A stretch of 64,000 bases of DNA from Octopus vulgaris (Eukaryota): NCBI GenBank assembly GCA_951406725.2, contig OX597825.1:33604001-33668000 (forward strand), read 5' to 3'. This document shows positions 25,405-37,765 of the stretch, piece after piece (position 1 is the stretch's first letter; the number at the start of each line of letters is the position of its first letter). The notes under the pieces are model-generated. The model had not been told where the DNA came from, ran no database searches, and was given only the letters and a program-made list of their open reading frames with translations. The position numbers were made by a program, and so were the translations under genes.

Positions 25405-26745
25405 AACTGCTAGAATAAGAATAGCCTGGGCAAAGTTTAGGGAGCTCTTACCTCTGCTGGTGACTAAAGGCCTCTCGCTCAGAGTAAAAGGCAGACTGTA
25501 TGATGCGTGTGTACGAACAGCCATGCTACATGGCAGCGAACCATGGGCCGTGACTGCTGAGGACATGCGTAAGCTTGTGAGGAATGAAGCCAGTATGCTC
25601 CGATGGATGTGTAATGTCAGTGTACATACTCGACAGAGCGTTAGCACCTTGAGAGAAATGTTGTACCTAAGAAGCATCAGTTGTGGTGTGCAAGAGAGAC
25701 GATTGCGCTGGTATGGTCATGTGGCGAGAATGGATGAAGATAGGTGTGTGAGAAAGTGCCAATCCCTAGCAGTTGAGGGAACCCGTGGAAGAGGTAGACC
25801 CAGGAAAACCTGGGACGAGGTGGTGAAGCACGACCTTCGAACTTTAGGCCTCACTGAGGAAATGACCAGCGACCGAGACCTTTGGAAATATTCTGTACGT
25901 GAGAAGACCAGGCAGGACAAGTGTGCCCAGCCCACTTATGAATGCCTTTCCTCCCTTGGACACAAAGACCTGTTGAGGCAAGCGAAGTCGATATAGAACC
26001 TCATCCGACGACAGACACCCATGCCAACCCCCCATGCTTGCGAAGACATGTTGGGGCAAGCGAAATCGAAATCGAAACCGAATTGAACCAGCCAGGATCC
26101 CTGGCCTGGTGGTACGTAAAAAGCACTATCCGACTCGTGGCCGTGGCACGTAAATTACTCCAATGCGACCGTACGACAGGCACCCATGCCAACCCCCTTT
26201 GCTTGTGAAGACATGTTGGGGCAAGCGAAATCGAAATCGAATTGAACCAGCCAGGATCCCTGGTCTGGTGGTACGTAAAAAGCACTATCCGACTCGTGGC
26301 CGTGGCACGTAAAATACTCCAATGCGACCGTACGACAGGCACCCATGCCAACCCCCTTTGCTTGTGAAGACATGTTGGGGCAGCAAGCGAAATCGAAATC
26401 GAATTGAACCAGCCAGGATCCCTGGTCTGGTGGTACGTAAAAAGCACTATCCGACTCGTGGCCGATGCCAGCACCGCCTCGACTGGCTTCCGTGCCGGTG
26501 GTACATAAAATACACCAATCTGACCGTGGCCGTTGCCAGCCCCGCCTGGCACCTGTGCAGGTGGCACGTAAAAAGCACCCACTACACTCACGGAATGGTT
26601 GGCGTTAGGAAGGGCATCCAGCTGTAGAAACATTGCCAGATTAGACTGGAGTCTGGTGCAGCCTTCTGGCTTCCCAGAACCCCGGTCGAACCGTCCAACC
26701 CATGCTAGCATGGAGAATGGACGTTAAACGATGATGATGATGATG
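25405..26745 (+). mobile_element. 5'-truncated, young RTE-clade LINE (RT C-terminal region, 3' UTR, (GAT)n)
   Basis: ORF 25460-25996 has RLYDACVRTAMLHGSE.W, RRLRWYGHVARMDEDR and GRGRPRKTW; CpG-rich; ends gttaaac(gat)n. Confidence 0.93.
26016..26464 (+). repeat. Tandem repeat in the RTE 3' UTR, ~160-bp unit x 2.8
   Basis: cacccatgccaacccc starts at 26016, 26181 and 26340; units are near identical. Confidence 0.95.
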
Positions 26746-26771
26746 GCATTATATTTAACAAATATATAATA

Positions 26772-27185
26772 TACGAGTAAAACGCACCCCCCCCCCCGCC
26801 CGTCCAATGGACGGTGCTGAGTTGTCAAACATTTAAACTAAATTTTCTCAGAACAACTTGTCCGACCGTCCCATAGGCCTCCCCTTTGAGAGACACTGAT
26901 TTAACCTAAATTTGAGACACCAGCAAAAGAAGAAATAAAGATAGACATTTTTTCTATTCCAAAGAAAAACGATTTTATTCACACAAATATGCAACCAAAG
27001 AGTTTAAAGTACCAGTAATGATAAGGCTGTTGAATGGGAGAATACTATCGATTTTTGTAATTTTTTCAAGACTTATACACGCCCTGATACCGTCAGTATC
27101 TACATATCAAATTTGAGCGCAATTGGATGGAGGATGCCTGATCCTAGAAGACATATAGACAGACAGAATGGATTTTATATAATAT
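26772..27185 (-). mobile_element. Helitron-like non-autonomous element
   Basis: Minus strand begins tatataaaatcc..tctgtctgtc, like the 16171 Helitron 5' end; perfect hairpin ccgtcc-aat-ggacgg (26800-26814) near a CTCG-T 3' end. Confidence 0.6.
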
Positions 27186-27427
27186 ATATATATATATATA
27201 TATATTATAATTATTGTGTGTGTATGTGTAACTGATATGTATATCTAATACAGCTGCTAGTAATAGGTATAATTTAAATATTAGCCTCTTTTTTAAAGGA
27301 TCATTCTGCATTTCATACTGTTTCCTCAACTCTTAATTTTGACTTATTTTTCATTTGCAATTTAGAATGTAATATTGTATTATATATTCTCAACGTTTTC
27401 TCGTTTTCTCCCTCTCTTTTTTTCTAG

Positions 27428-27487
27428 TTTGTATATATGTATGATAGCTTTGAAAGGATATTTGAAGAACTTGATTGGCAGAAAGAG
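27428..27487 (+). CDS. SNX27: SNX27 last conserved exon (FVYMYDSFERIFEELDWQKE)
   Basis: ctag acceptor, gtaagt donor, 60 nt, phase 0/0; matches [20 protein letters not shown]. There is no stop codon, so at least one more exon must follow. Confidence 0.94.
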
Positions 27488-27873
27488 GTAAGTAGACATT
27501 TCAGATTGCAAAATGTTGTGTGTGATATCTACAACCAATCCATTAAGCATCAGTGTTTCTTGTAGCTAAAACAAATGCAATAAGCACTGATGTTTCTAAT
27601 TTCAATTAAGACACACACACACACATGCACACACATCAGCATGATGATGATGATGATGATGATCATCATCATCATCATTGTTTTAGTGTCCACTTTTCAA
27701 ATGTAGCACAGGTTGGTTGAGATTTTGTGTGTGTGTGTATATAAATATATATATATATATATATTTCAACAATTGAGGGTAAAATTAATTAATTATTAAT
27801 CAATTTCACCAAGTGTTCAGTATGCAAAGGGACCATTTAAGGCGAATTCAAATTATTACATTATATAAAAGGG

Positions 27874-28100
27874 CTTAGTAAAATAAATACTTTGCGATAC
27901 TGAACTCATTAGAAATAGCAGCTAAAAACTTTTTAAAGCTATTTCTAATACTTAAAGAAAATCTCTCATATATAGTGTTTGCTGAATTACAAACACTATA
28001 TATGAGAGAGATTTTCTTAAGTATTAGAAATAGCTTTAAAAAGTTTTTAGCTGCTATTTCTAATGAGTTCAGTATGCGGCAAAGTAATTTATTTTACTAA

Positions 28101-28101
<1 letters not shown>
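27874..28101. repeat. Near-perfect palindrome, about 110-bp arms, 8-nt loop (27982-27989)
   Basis: ...ctctcatatatagtgtttg-ctgaatta-caaacactatatatgagag...; pairing continues out to cttagtaaaataaa / tttattttactaag. Confidence 0.97.
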
Positions 28102-28137
<36 letters not shown>

Positions 28138-28149
28138 ATCAGTTGAATT

Positions 28150-28458
28150 AGGTACTTAAGTTGAGGTACCAAGTCAGTCTGGTATTATCCACGCTGCTCT
28201 AAGTAAGGTGAATAAAAGGTAAATAAGTAACAAGGATGTTCAGGTATTAGTGCATTATGGCCATTTCAGGCAGCTCCATTTAATCGCTTAATGCTCAATT
28301 TGATATAATGCTTGCATTGTTTGATTAAATGGGGTCACCTGAAATGGCCATAATGCACTAATACCAGAACATCCTTGTTACTTATTTACCTTTTATTCAC
28401 CTTACTTAGAGTTGCGTGGATAATACCGGATTGACTTGGTACCTCAACTTAAGTACCT
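28150..28458. repeat. Near-perfect inverted repeat, about 135-bp arms, about 35-nt spacer
   Basis: aggtacttaagttgaggtaccaagtca... pairs with ...tgacttggtacctcaacttaagtacct, including long runs without mismatches. Confidence 0.97.
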
Positions 28459-29159
28459 TGTTACTTATTTGCTTTATATATATACATATATATATATATA
28501 CACACACACTCACACACATATACTCACATACCAACCACCTTTCCATTCTTCTTGTGTACCATCCTTCCACTGTATTATCCTTTATACTGTATGCCATCCA
28601 AATTCTCCAATCTGACCCTGCCTCTTCCTGCATGTTCTCTAACCCAGCCCTCCCTTCTTTCCCATGCTCCTGAGCATATTATCACACCTACCCATTCCTC
28701 ATCAATACCATCTCTCTCTCAGGATTCCAACAGCCTATCCAATAAACACTTTTAGCTGCACTGAAATTGTCCCTTTGTAACATTCTGATTATTGGACTGG
28801 CTAGCTTGGCAACAGTTCCCCATCTCATGCCATTTTCACTCTGCAGGTCTCACCATATGGCATCTCTTTGTATTTGGTTTCATTCTCATATTGGATCATT
28901 GATCTCTCATTCATCTTTATGTTTCAAGCTTTTACTTCCACAATTTCAATTCTCAGTTTCTTTTCCTTTGACAACTTCCTTTAATCACCTCACACTCATG
29001 GCACACACATTTGCACAACACACACACACACACATACTGTTATAAACACATTACAAAACAGATAATAAACACATGCACATATTGAAAGCAACATATACAC
29101 ATGCGTATACCTAACAACATTCACACAACATATTAATATACCAATGTGTGCAAAACAGG

Positions 29160-29541
29160 CTTAGGCATGGCTGTGTGGTAAGAAGCTTGCTTTCCAACTA
29201 AATGGTTCTGGTTTCAGTCCCAGTGTATGGCACCTTGGGCAAGTGTCTTCTGCTATAGCCTTGGACCAACCAAAACCTTGTAAGTAGATTTGGTGGAGAG
29301 AAGCTAAAAGAAACTTATCGTGTGTGTGTGTGTCTTTGTTTGTCCCTCGCTATTGCTTGACAACTGATGTTGGTGTGTTTACATCCCTGTATCTTAGCTG
29401 TTTGGCAAAAGAGACCGATAGAATAAGTAACAGGCTTAACAAAAAAATAAGTACTGAGGTCGATTCATTCGACTAAACATTCCTCAAGGTAGTGCCCCAG
29501 CATGGCCACAGTCTAATGACTGAAACAAGTAAAAGATAAAA
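29160..29541 (+). mobile_element. SINE family A copy
   Basis: Colinear with 2595-3010, more diverged. Confidence 0.88.
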
Positions 29542-29595
29542 AACAGAATACTAACAAATGCATACACTTATGCAATAGTCACATATACATTGCAG

Positions 29596-29666
29596 ACACA
29601 CCAGAACACAGACACGGTACTTTCCAACACACACCAGAACACAGACACGGTACTTTCCAACACACA
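29596..29666 (+). repeat. Exact 33-bp tandem duplication
   Basis: acacaccagaacacagacacggtactttccaac occurs twice. Confidence 0.95.
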
Positions 29667-30411
29667 AGTTGATGTAGTATATAGTGTAGACATTCAAACA
29701 CAATTGCTGCCATTCCAATGCCTGCTGCATTTCACATGGAATTTTTGGTCTTCCAAAGCTGGTTTGGCATATATGTTGACCTGTCTTTTTATTGCTGTTA
29801 AATTTTGGTCTGAAAAATTCAACTTGTACGTCAGAAAATATAGTATGTGTCATATAGCAAAACAAAAAAAATGTACCTTTCAAACTTCAACATACACATA
29901 AAATATACTACAAACACACATATAACTCTGTCCCTAGTTTGCCTATGTTCATACAGACACACGTTACAAAAGCATATGCATACTTTAAACAAAACAACAC
30001 AAACACACATTCAAAAACACATACACCACTAAGAGCAACATACATATATATTCAGGCAAAACTACATGCATACACACATACACATCACATCATAAACATG
30101 TTGCATACACATACACGCAGCACAGCATCCCACATAGATTGCAAGAAAAACAAAAACACTATAAATGCACACAATTTAAAGAACTAACATACATGCAATA
30201 AATGCACACATACATAATTCCATCCCTAATCAGCTCACACATATGGCATACACACACATGCATACTTACACAACACACACACACACATAGTAACACAAAT
30301 AACTACGTCATCGTCATCATCATCGTCACTATCATCATCATCCTCAATATCTTCATTTTAATGTCTACTTTTTCATGATTGAAAGGGTTGAACAGAATCT
30401 GTTACGGCAGA

Positions 30412-30646
30412 ATGGCAGTGAGCTGGCAGAATCGTTAGCACGCCGGGTGAAATGCTTAGCGGTATTTTGTCTGCCGTTACGTTCTGAGTTCAAATTCCGC
30501 CGAACTCAACTTTGCCTTTCATCCTTTTAGGGTCAATAAATTAAGTACTAGTTACTCACTGGGGTTGATGTAATCGACTTAATCCCTTTGTCTGTCCTTG
30601 TTTGTCCCCTATGTGTTTAGCCCCCCTTGTGGGCAATAAAGAAATA
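30412..30646 (+). mobile_element. SINE family B, tail type 2, nested in an older antisense SINE; 18-bp TSD
   Basis: agaatctgtta(c/a)ggcaga at 30394-30411 and 30647-30664. Confidence 0.9.
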
Positions 30647-31137
30647 AGAATCTGTTAAGGCAGATTTCCTGTGACCAACCCGCACTCATTTCCAAATCCA
30701 GGTAATATTTCCCCATGGCCAGACATGTTTTCACGCAAGATTGGAAACAATGGACACCACTTGCATGACAGTGACATCCATTTACAACTATCATGCGATG
30801 TTAAGGCAAGGAGAATGTAACTCACACACACACACACACATACAGACACATATTGCAAACATTAAGCCTAATTACAGCACACATTCAAACAAGCATAAGA
30901 TATTTCTGTGGTTGAACTGTGTGTGACTAATGTATAAAAATGCTAGTATACAATACTAACAAAAAGTAATGAAACAAATTCAAGATAATTATAATAGTAT
31001 GTGCATGTATTAGATGGATACAGTAACTTTTGCGTGGTGTATTCCTTATATAATTCTAACGTGTTTACATTTTCTCTGTTTTATTATATATTTTTCAATT
31101 ACATCTTCATCTTTTAGTTTACTCTTCTTCCCTCTCT

Positions 31138-31169
<32 letters not shown>

Positions 31170-31413
31170 TCTGCTCATCTTCTACTTCATGTTATTACCT
31201 CTCCACTCTAGAATTGGTATATATTATTATTGTTATTGAGTGAGAGTGTAGCGCTTGCTATCAAAGTGACACTGGGGTACAATTATATGAAGCCCAATAT
31301 ACCCATCACGACTATCTGTCTGATAAGGGTAAACCAGGCATATGCATCACAACCACATGTGCATGACATGGTTATCTTATATCGAGATAAACAGCGCAAG
31401 CATCAAGGCATTT

Positions 31414-31468
31414 ATTATTATTATTATTGTTACTACTACTACTATTACTATTATTTTTGTTATCATCA

Positions 31469-31516
<48 letters not shown>

Positions 31517-31531
31517 ATTTTATTATTATTA

Positions 31532-31580
<49 letters not shown>

Positions 31581-31600
31581 TATGATGATGAAGATGATGA
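31414..31600. repeat. Long compound (TTA)n/(CTA)n/(TCA)n/(GAT)n microsatellite
   Basis: Direct reading; explains the poly-I, poly-Y and poly-N ORFs. Confidence 0.97.
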
Positions 31601-32696
31601 TGCAACTAGCTAATAGAAATGTTAATATGACAGGCAAAATGTTTAGTGGCATTGTCTGTCTTTATGTTCTGAGTTCAAATTCTGCCAAGGTCAACTTTGC
31701 CTTTCAATAAAATAAGTTACCAGTTGATGTAATCAACTTACCCACTACCCCAGAATTGCTGGCCTTGTGTCAGAATTTGAAACCATTATTATGATTATTT
31801 AATTAGTAAGATAAAGAAGGGAATATCCATCTACTTCTCAGTTCCTCTTAGACGGGATTTAATATTATATCACTGTAGCCTAATGTTCTGTTGTTTCAGA
31901 ATATTCTTAGATCAAAAACTGGTTAGGACTTTGCTTATACCAACTATAAGAACATAGGAAGCCCAACCTAATGAAGGAGCATAAATGTAGTCACATAACT
32001 CATTAGAAATAGCAGTTGCATTTCCTTCACATCTCACACAACTGTTTTAAAAAAAGGAAACTTTAGCTAATATAGTCCTAGATATTAAAAAAGGACAGGA
32101 TGGTCATAGTGGCAGTACTTTTGATCATAGATTTGATCAATCACTGTTGACTTGAAACTCAACAATGTCATTAATTTTACTGAAGTTTCAGAAATATTTT
32201 TTCTCATTTATTGGTTTGATCTGAATTAAGAGGCTGTGCTCTTGACATTTGTAAGGCCTGCCAACATCAGTGAGTTTGGCATGGTTAACATTCCTCTTAA
32301 ACAGTTACAAGTTGATTTGTGTAGGAAAACATATGAGCTGGGAGGGCTTTCAGTGGGATGACACTATGGTGAGGAAAGACTGGCTGTAGCAATTAGTGCA
32401 TGGGGACTTGGTGGTGGTGGTGTTGGTGCTGCTGCTCTATGCAGAGTATAGAATTTTCTGTGGATTTGGCCCTTAGCTGCTATGTTATAATTGAGGGCAA
32501 GATTTAACATGATTTAGCAGGGAGGGTTATTTGCAATTGTCTAGAGATGTTTACGGTCTTTTGCCTCCTCAGTCATTTGTGATTGACAGACTTCTTTAAT
32601 CCCTGCAAACACTGGAACACGAAAAGAAAAGTTGAGAAAAAGTTATATACATTTTTTTTTCATTTCTAACCTATGTCCCTTTGTATTTTAATTCAG

Positions 32697-32740
32697 CCCT
32701 TTAAATGTGGCTTGGAAATGAACCAGACTTCTGCTGAAAG
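32697..32740 (+). CDS. SNX27: Candidate SNX27 C-terminal small exon (PFKCGLEMNQTSAE + 2 nt)
   Basis: ctaac branch-point-like motif, pyrimidine tract, ttcag acceptor and AG/gtgagc donor; open in phase 0, 44 nt. No homology support. Confidence 0.55.
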
Positions 32741-33289
32741 GTGAGCATCATATATAACTTTGGTTTATGTGACCTTTCCTCCACTTTCATTTCTCAGACT
32801 AACCTCTCATGAAAGCTGCAATTTTTCTAAAATCAGCTATCATTGTTACTAACAAGATTATTGAAATTGGGACACTAGCTTACACCAACTTATACTTTCA
32901 TGGCTGTCTTTAACACAGTTTTCTTTGCTTTTGCTTACAGACCATTCTTCTGTATATGTTGCCCTCAATGGCTCCCTTTTGCAACGTTGTTGTTACTTTT
33001 GCAGCAAGCTCTTTTAACTGTTGGTTACACCTCCACCATGTAGACTTCATTCAATACCAAATTGGAATTCTGAAAAATGTCATGTCGTGTGGAAATATTG
33101 CCTTGCTTGGAGACAAAGGCTTCTGGCTGTAGAAAATCTACCTCAGCAAATTCTGTTTGACCCATGCAAGCAAAGAAAAGTAGATATTAAATGATTATGA
33201 TGATGATAATGGTGATGATGGTGATGATGTGGATGTTGATTGTGATGGTATTCATAATGGTGTCCATGTTTAATTCTCAAGCAAGGGTA

Positions 33290-34200
33290 CACTTTAATCC
33301 AAGTCCATAGATTTTGATATTGAAGCAGAGATTTTTTCATTGTTCCATGCACAGGTTCTTAAGCCTCCCCACTAAAAGTAGTAGCTGCTACAATATGTGC
33401 ATCTGGAAGTTTTTTGTTGGTGATGGTAAATCCAAGGAATATGAAAATATCCTCGGCAGATAGATTGTTCCCTTGTATATTGGTTTGAAGGCAAGGTATA
33501 TGTATTCTGAAACAAAATGAGCCAGTACCATATTCTATGATCAAAGTTCATCCATTGAATGAGCAAGTAATGCTGCATCATCTGTATTTGTAATATCAGT
33601 GGCCTCCAAGACTTCTTGCATTGAAGCAAGATTAGATAAACATCATGAGAGTGAAGCAGTGTACCAGATGCTTTTGTAAAACTCAATGCTACAAGTCTGA
33701 AAAGATCTTGATTTCTTACATCCGAATGAATTTGGCATGAAGTTGCCTGCAGTAACAGTTAAGGTGGTGAGTTGGCAGAAACGTTAGCACACCAGGCGAA
33801 ATGCTTAGCACTATTTCGTCTGCTGTTATGTTCTAAGTTCAAATTCCGCTGAGATCAACTTTGCCTTTCATCCTTTCGAGGTCGATTAAATAAGTACCAG
33901 TTACGTACCGGGGTCGATGTCATCGACTTAATCCCTTTGTTTGTCCTTGTTTGTCCCCTCTAGCCCCTTGTGGGCAATAAAGTAATAAGTAACAGTTTAG
34001 TGTTTTTCCCAAGGACACACTACTCGACACATTTACATGCAGGGGTTTGTGTCTGCAATAAATTACAAAGACATCCAATCTAGAATTATGAAATGATGAT
34101 GTATTTTGCTTTGCATCCTGCCGTTTATAGGTTGAAGAGTGTTCTACTTGTGCAGCCAACTTTGTTGCCAATCTGTGCAACTGGTTTCATGAAAGTCTTT
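33290..34200 (-). mobile_element. Decayed RTE-type reverse transcriptase remnant, split by a SINE
   Basis: Minus-strand TDDAALLAHSMDEL (YADD-box-like) and FIFLGFTI segments, with stops. Confidence 0.6.
33761..33987 (+). mobile_element. SINE family B, tail type 2; 10-bp TSD agtaacagtt
   Basis: TSD at 33751-33760 and 33988-33997. Confidence 0.9.
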
Positions 34201-35145
34201 GAAGTACAGTACTGAGATAAAAACAAAAAAGAAAAGGCTTTTGTATTACATCCCTCTACGCATTGATACACACACACACACACACATGAACATAAAAATT
34301 AGAGACTAAATATTCAATTCATTAAGTAGTTTATTCATTTATTTAAAACTAAGGTTTCACGCTTTTGTTTGTGATGGGATCAAGCCTTTATTTCAATTCG
34401 TTGAATAAATGAATACCTTACACACACACACACACAATTAAGTGAAATAACTCAGTATGACAAATGGCATATATTTGAACAATATAGACAATGAAGGCAT
34501 GCCAAATATCATACAATATAAATTCTTGCTATATTAATATTATCTCCACCTTTAGAGGATGCATCACAATTACCAAATGGCAATTGAGATCAACCTCATA
34601 TGAACAAGGGAGATAATCTAATGAATCAAGGATTTTCTCAAGCTGATATGCCAATTAGGAAACAAGCAGACTTATTGTCTGCAGGTAAAAGGACAGTCGT
34701 GGACATGTATTTCTGCCTCAGTAGGTGTCATCAGCATAACAATTGGCCTAACTTTATCCTCAGTAGCCAAGAGACTTACACATAAACAAAATGAGTGAAA
34801 CATACTTCTGGCCTAATTAATTTGCATAATTTAAAGAAAAGCAAGCTAAGAGAAATATCACAGAGTGGCCAGTGATATGTGCTTGAACAACAAAGACGGA
34901 TACAGATACCATCCAACAGAGATTCTTGATTTATTGAAACTATCTCTATTTCTAGGACTTATATTACCAAATCAATATATATATATATGTATATGGAGGT
35001 GCGTTGTCTCCCTTTTCTGTCCGTTATGTTTGCCCCCCAGTTTTCAACTATTTTCCCTTCTCTGTCTAACTTTTGAAATATATACATATATATATATATA
35101 TATATATGTGTGTGTAGAGAGTTTTTGAAGTCATGTACAGATATT

Positions 35146-37253
35146 GTGTATTGAGAATAACAAGGTAGTCAGAATGTTGAATGATTATATATATTTTTAT
35201 TTACATTTTTAGTGCTTTTTTCTGTTATCAGATTTATCAAAAAAGTGGCTTATAGTAAGTTTGCTTCACCTTTTTATATGAAATTGAAACTGATGGTGTT
35301 TTAGAAAGGGGGAGAGAGACACAGAGCAAGAAAAAGAGAGAGAGAGAGAGGGAGAGAGAAGAACAAATTAGCAAGAAGGAACAGGTTAGAAAAGAAGTTT
35401 ATTATTCTAACCAAGATTTTCCATGTTATACAGAGCCCCAACATTTTTCATCTCTTACAGAGCCCCAAAATGAGAGACCTGATAGATAAAAGCTACCTAT
35501 GAAATAATAAATGCCAGGAAAAAAACCTTGAAAAACAGCTCAAGGGCAAAATTCATATCAGAGAATGAAACGGGATTCTCCGTAAAGGAAGGTAAAGATA
35601 GCAGATGTGGAATATGCAACAATAATAACTTCAAATATACAGATGGGGACATCCACATAATATTTAAGAGTGGATTCATATTCAAAGTAAATGCAAATAT
35701 CAACTGCAAGACACAAAATTTCATCTGCATTACTTACCCCAAATGCAAGGAGAATTCTATTGGTGAAACCAATAATTCATTTTGCCAATGCGCAAGAATC
35801 CACAGACAGAACATCTTACAGGAAGAACTATGGAAAATTCCACTGAGCAAACATTTGGAAATATGTGGAGAAGAAAAATTCAAGATCTTTCCCTTCAATA
35901 AATGCTCAAGGAATAACCCAAACTTCTGAAAAACAATGGAATTATATTTCATTAAGAAGTTCTCACCAAAGTTAAATGGTTGAAAAAAAGGAAAGAGCAA
36001 ACATTTGGAAATATGTGGGGAAGGAAAATTCAAAGAACAACCCAGAGTTCCGAAAGACAGTGGAACTATATTTCATAAAAAAGTCCTCAACAAAAATTAA
36101 ACAGTTGAAAAAATTACATCAATATACAGGTATGCCCCATCAAATAAAATGGAATAGATCGAGGTACCATACCAAAATACTATACCAACATTCCCAGAAA
36201 ATACGATTGGAAAGAAGTAAAATACCCATGTTCGGTCCCCTCCAAACATAACCTGTATGAAACCAATCATCACTGGGAAGAGGGTATATTTCCATGGACA
36301 TTCCGACTTTTTCTCCTGCCCCATTCAGGTTATATTTATGATTCCTTATGATATGTAGATCCTGATCCTTTGATTTAGATTGTATTTATAATTGTGAATA
36401 TATTCACTTAAGAAAGGTATATTTTCATTGACATTTAGATTCCATCCCCTTTTTTTAGACTCGGATGATATTTATGATTTTTTTAAAGAAATTCAGATCA
36501 TATTTACAATTGGGAAATGCTTTCCTACACTTAAACTTTTTTCAGATCATATTTAAAATCATAACTATACTTGCTTAAAAATCATTCTTTCAAAAATATA
36601 GCCATACACAGCTAAATCAAAAATATCATCTGGAATTTTAATCAAAAAGTTTGATCACATCCATACAACCATTCTCTCCTCCTTATGTTAATGAATACAA
36701 AAGAATTAAAAAACAAGACCTTGAAATTTAATTGTAATTCTTACTGAAGAAAATCAAAAACAACATCTGGTTTTCCAATTAAAAACTTTGACCACTTGAA
36801 TAAAAAACAAATTACTTCCTCCCCACCAAAAAGGTCACTAGGTGGAAAAAGAGCAACATATTGAATCCCAATCAAACAAGTCTGACCACACTGGTTCAAA
36901 AGCCATGCCTCCTCCAAAAGCCATACCTCCTGCTCCCTCTCAAACTTTTTCTTTCTTTTCCCTTCCTTTGCACCTCTACCAAAAAAAAAAAAGACAAGAA
37001 TACAAAACACTCCAACTTTCTTTTCTCTATCTTCACTATCTCTCACGCTCTCCTTCTCTCTCACCCCCTCCTCCTTTCTCTCTTTCTCTCTCACTCTCTG
37101 AAACATCATTTTCAATTTTATATAAAATGGCAAAGCAATCTTACTGTAAATCACTTTTTTGATAAATCCCATAACAGACAAAAGTGCTAAAAATGTAAAT
37201 AAAATATATATAATCATCCAACATGCTGACTACCTTGTTATTCTCAATATACA
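35146..37253 (+). mobile_element. Penelope-like element remnant: decayed GIY-YIG endonuclease region bounded by ~200-bp inverted terminal segments
   Basis: ORF 35528-35929 reads CGIC...INCKTQNF..I..PKCKENSIGETN...RIHRQNI...PLSKHLEICG, then ELYFIKKFSPKLN after an in-frame stop. 35146-35360 is an imperfect reverse complement of about 37040-37253. (TA)n lies on both sides. Confidence 0.8.
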
Positions 37254-37259
37254 TACATG

Positions 37260-37291
<32 letters not shown>

Positions 37292-37295
<4 letters not shown>

Positions 37296-37765
37296 AAAAG
37301 TAAAAAATATATACAAACTGGGACAAGAACATGAAACACCTAGAAGACGACACAAGAACCACAGGATGGGACATTCGAAGCCCTTAGTCATCAGTCAAGA
37401 ACCAGATCATCCTCGCAATTTCGGCTGATTAATCTTGAGATTGCTCTGACCTGGGCAGCCCCCAAGGGAAATCTAAGCCAAGCGCATTAGATCCCTTGGA
37501 AGAAAGCTTCGAATGTATACAACACAAGGACGGAAAACGAACGATGTACACGAATAAAAATACAGAAATACGTGAAAACAATAAGGAAAGCACGAATAAG
37601 AATACAAAAACGTAAAAACAATAAAGGTAAGGATAAAAAACAAAACCAGGACGTAGGACAAGGGTCTTTCGACAGGACGAGTTGAGTTGGGGCTGGCTTA
37701 TGGAGTTGTGCCTTATGGCCGCGGGAGACAAACAAAAACGTGTTGCTTCAACGACTGCTGGATAC
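37292..37765 (-). mobile_element. CpG-rich insert in (TA)n, probable Penelope-like terminal (pLTR) fragment
   Basis: Bounded by (TA)n/(TG)n; minus strand has ctgatga...cgaa and ctcaaga...ccgaaa hammerhead-like remnants. The family assignment is an inference. Confidence 0.45.

Noticed and set aside
26016-26464. CRISPR-like array of repeats
   Set aside because: Whole ~160-bp units are duplicated with no unique spacers; the array lies in an RTE 3' UTR and there are no cas genes.
26001-26711. Longest ORF in the track (236 aa, minus strand)
   Set aside because: Antisense read-through of the GC-rich RTE 3' UTR tandem repeat; no recognisable domain.
2289-27487. Assignment of the gene as SNX17 or SNX31
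   Set aside because: [33 protein letters not shown] and FPHCACDSR are SNX27-type motifs.
31230-31710. Poly-Ile, poly-Tyr and poly-Asn ORFs
   Set aside because: Translations of a trinucleotide microsatellite.
36741-37217. 158-aa minus-strand ORF with a hydrophobic N-terminus
   Set aside because: Antisense of the Penelope-like terminal segment plus an (AG)n tract; the equivalent reading is disrupted in the other arm.
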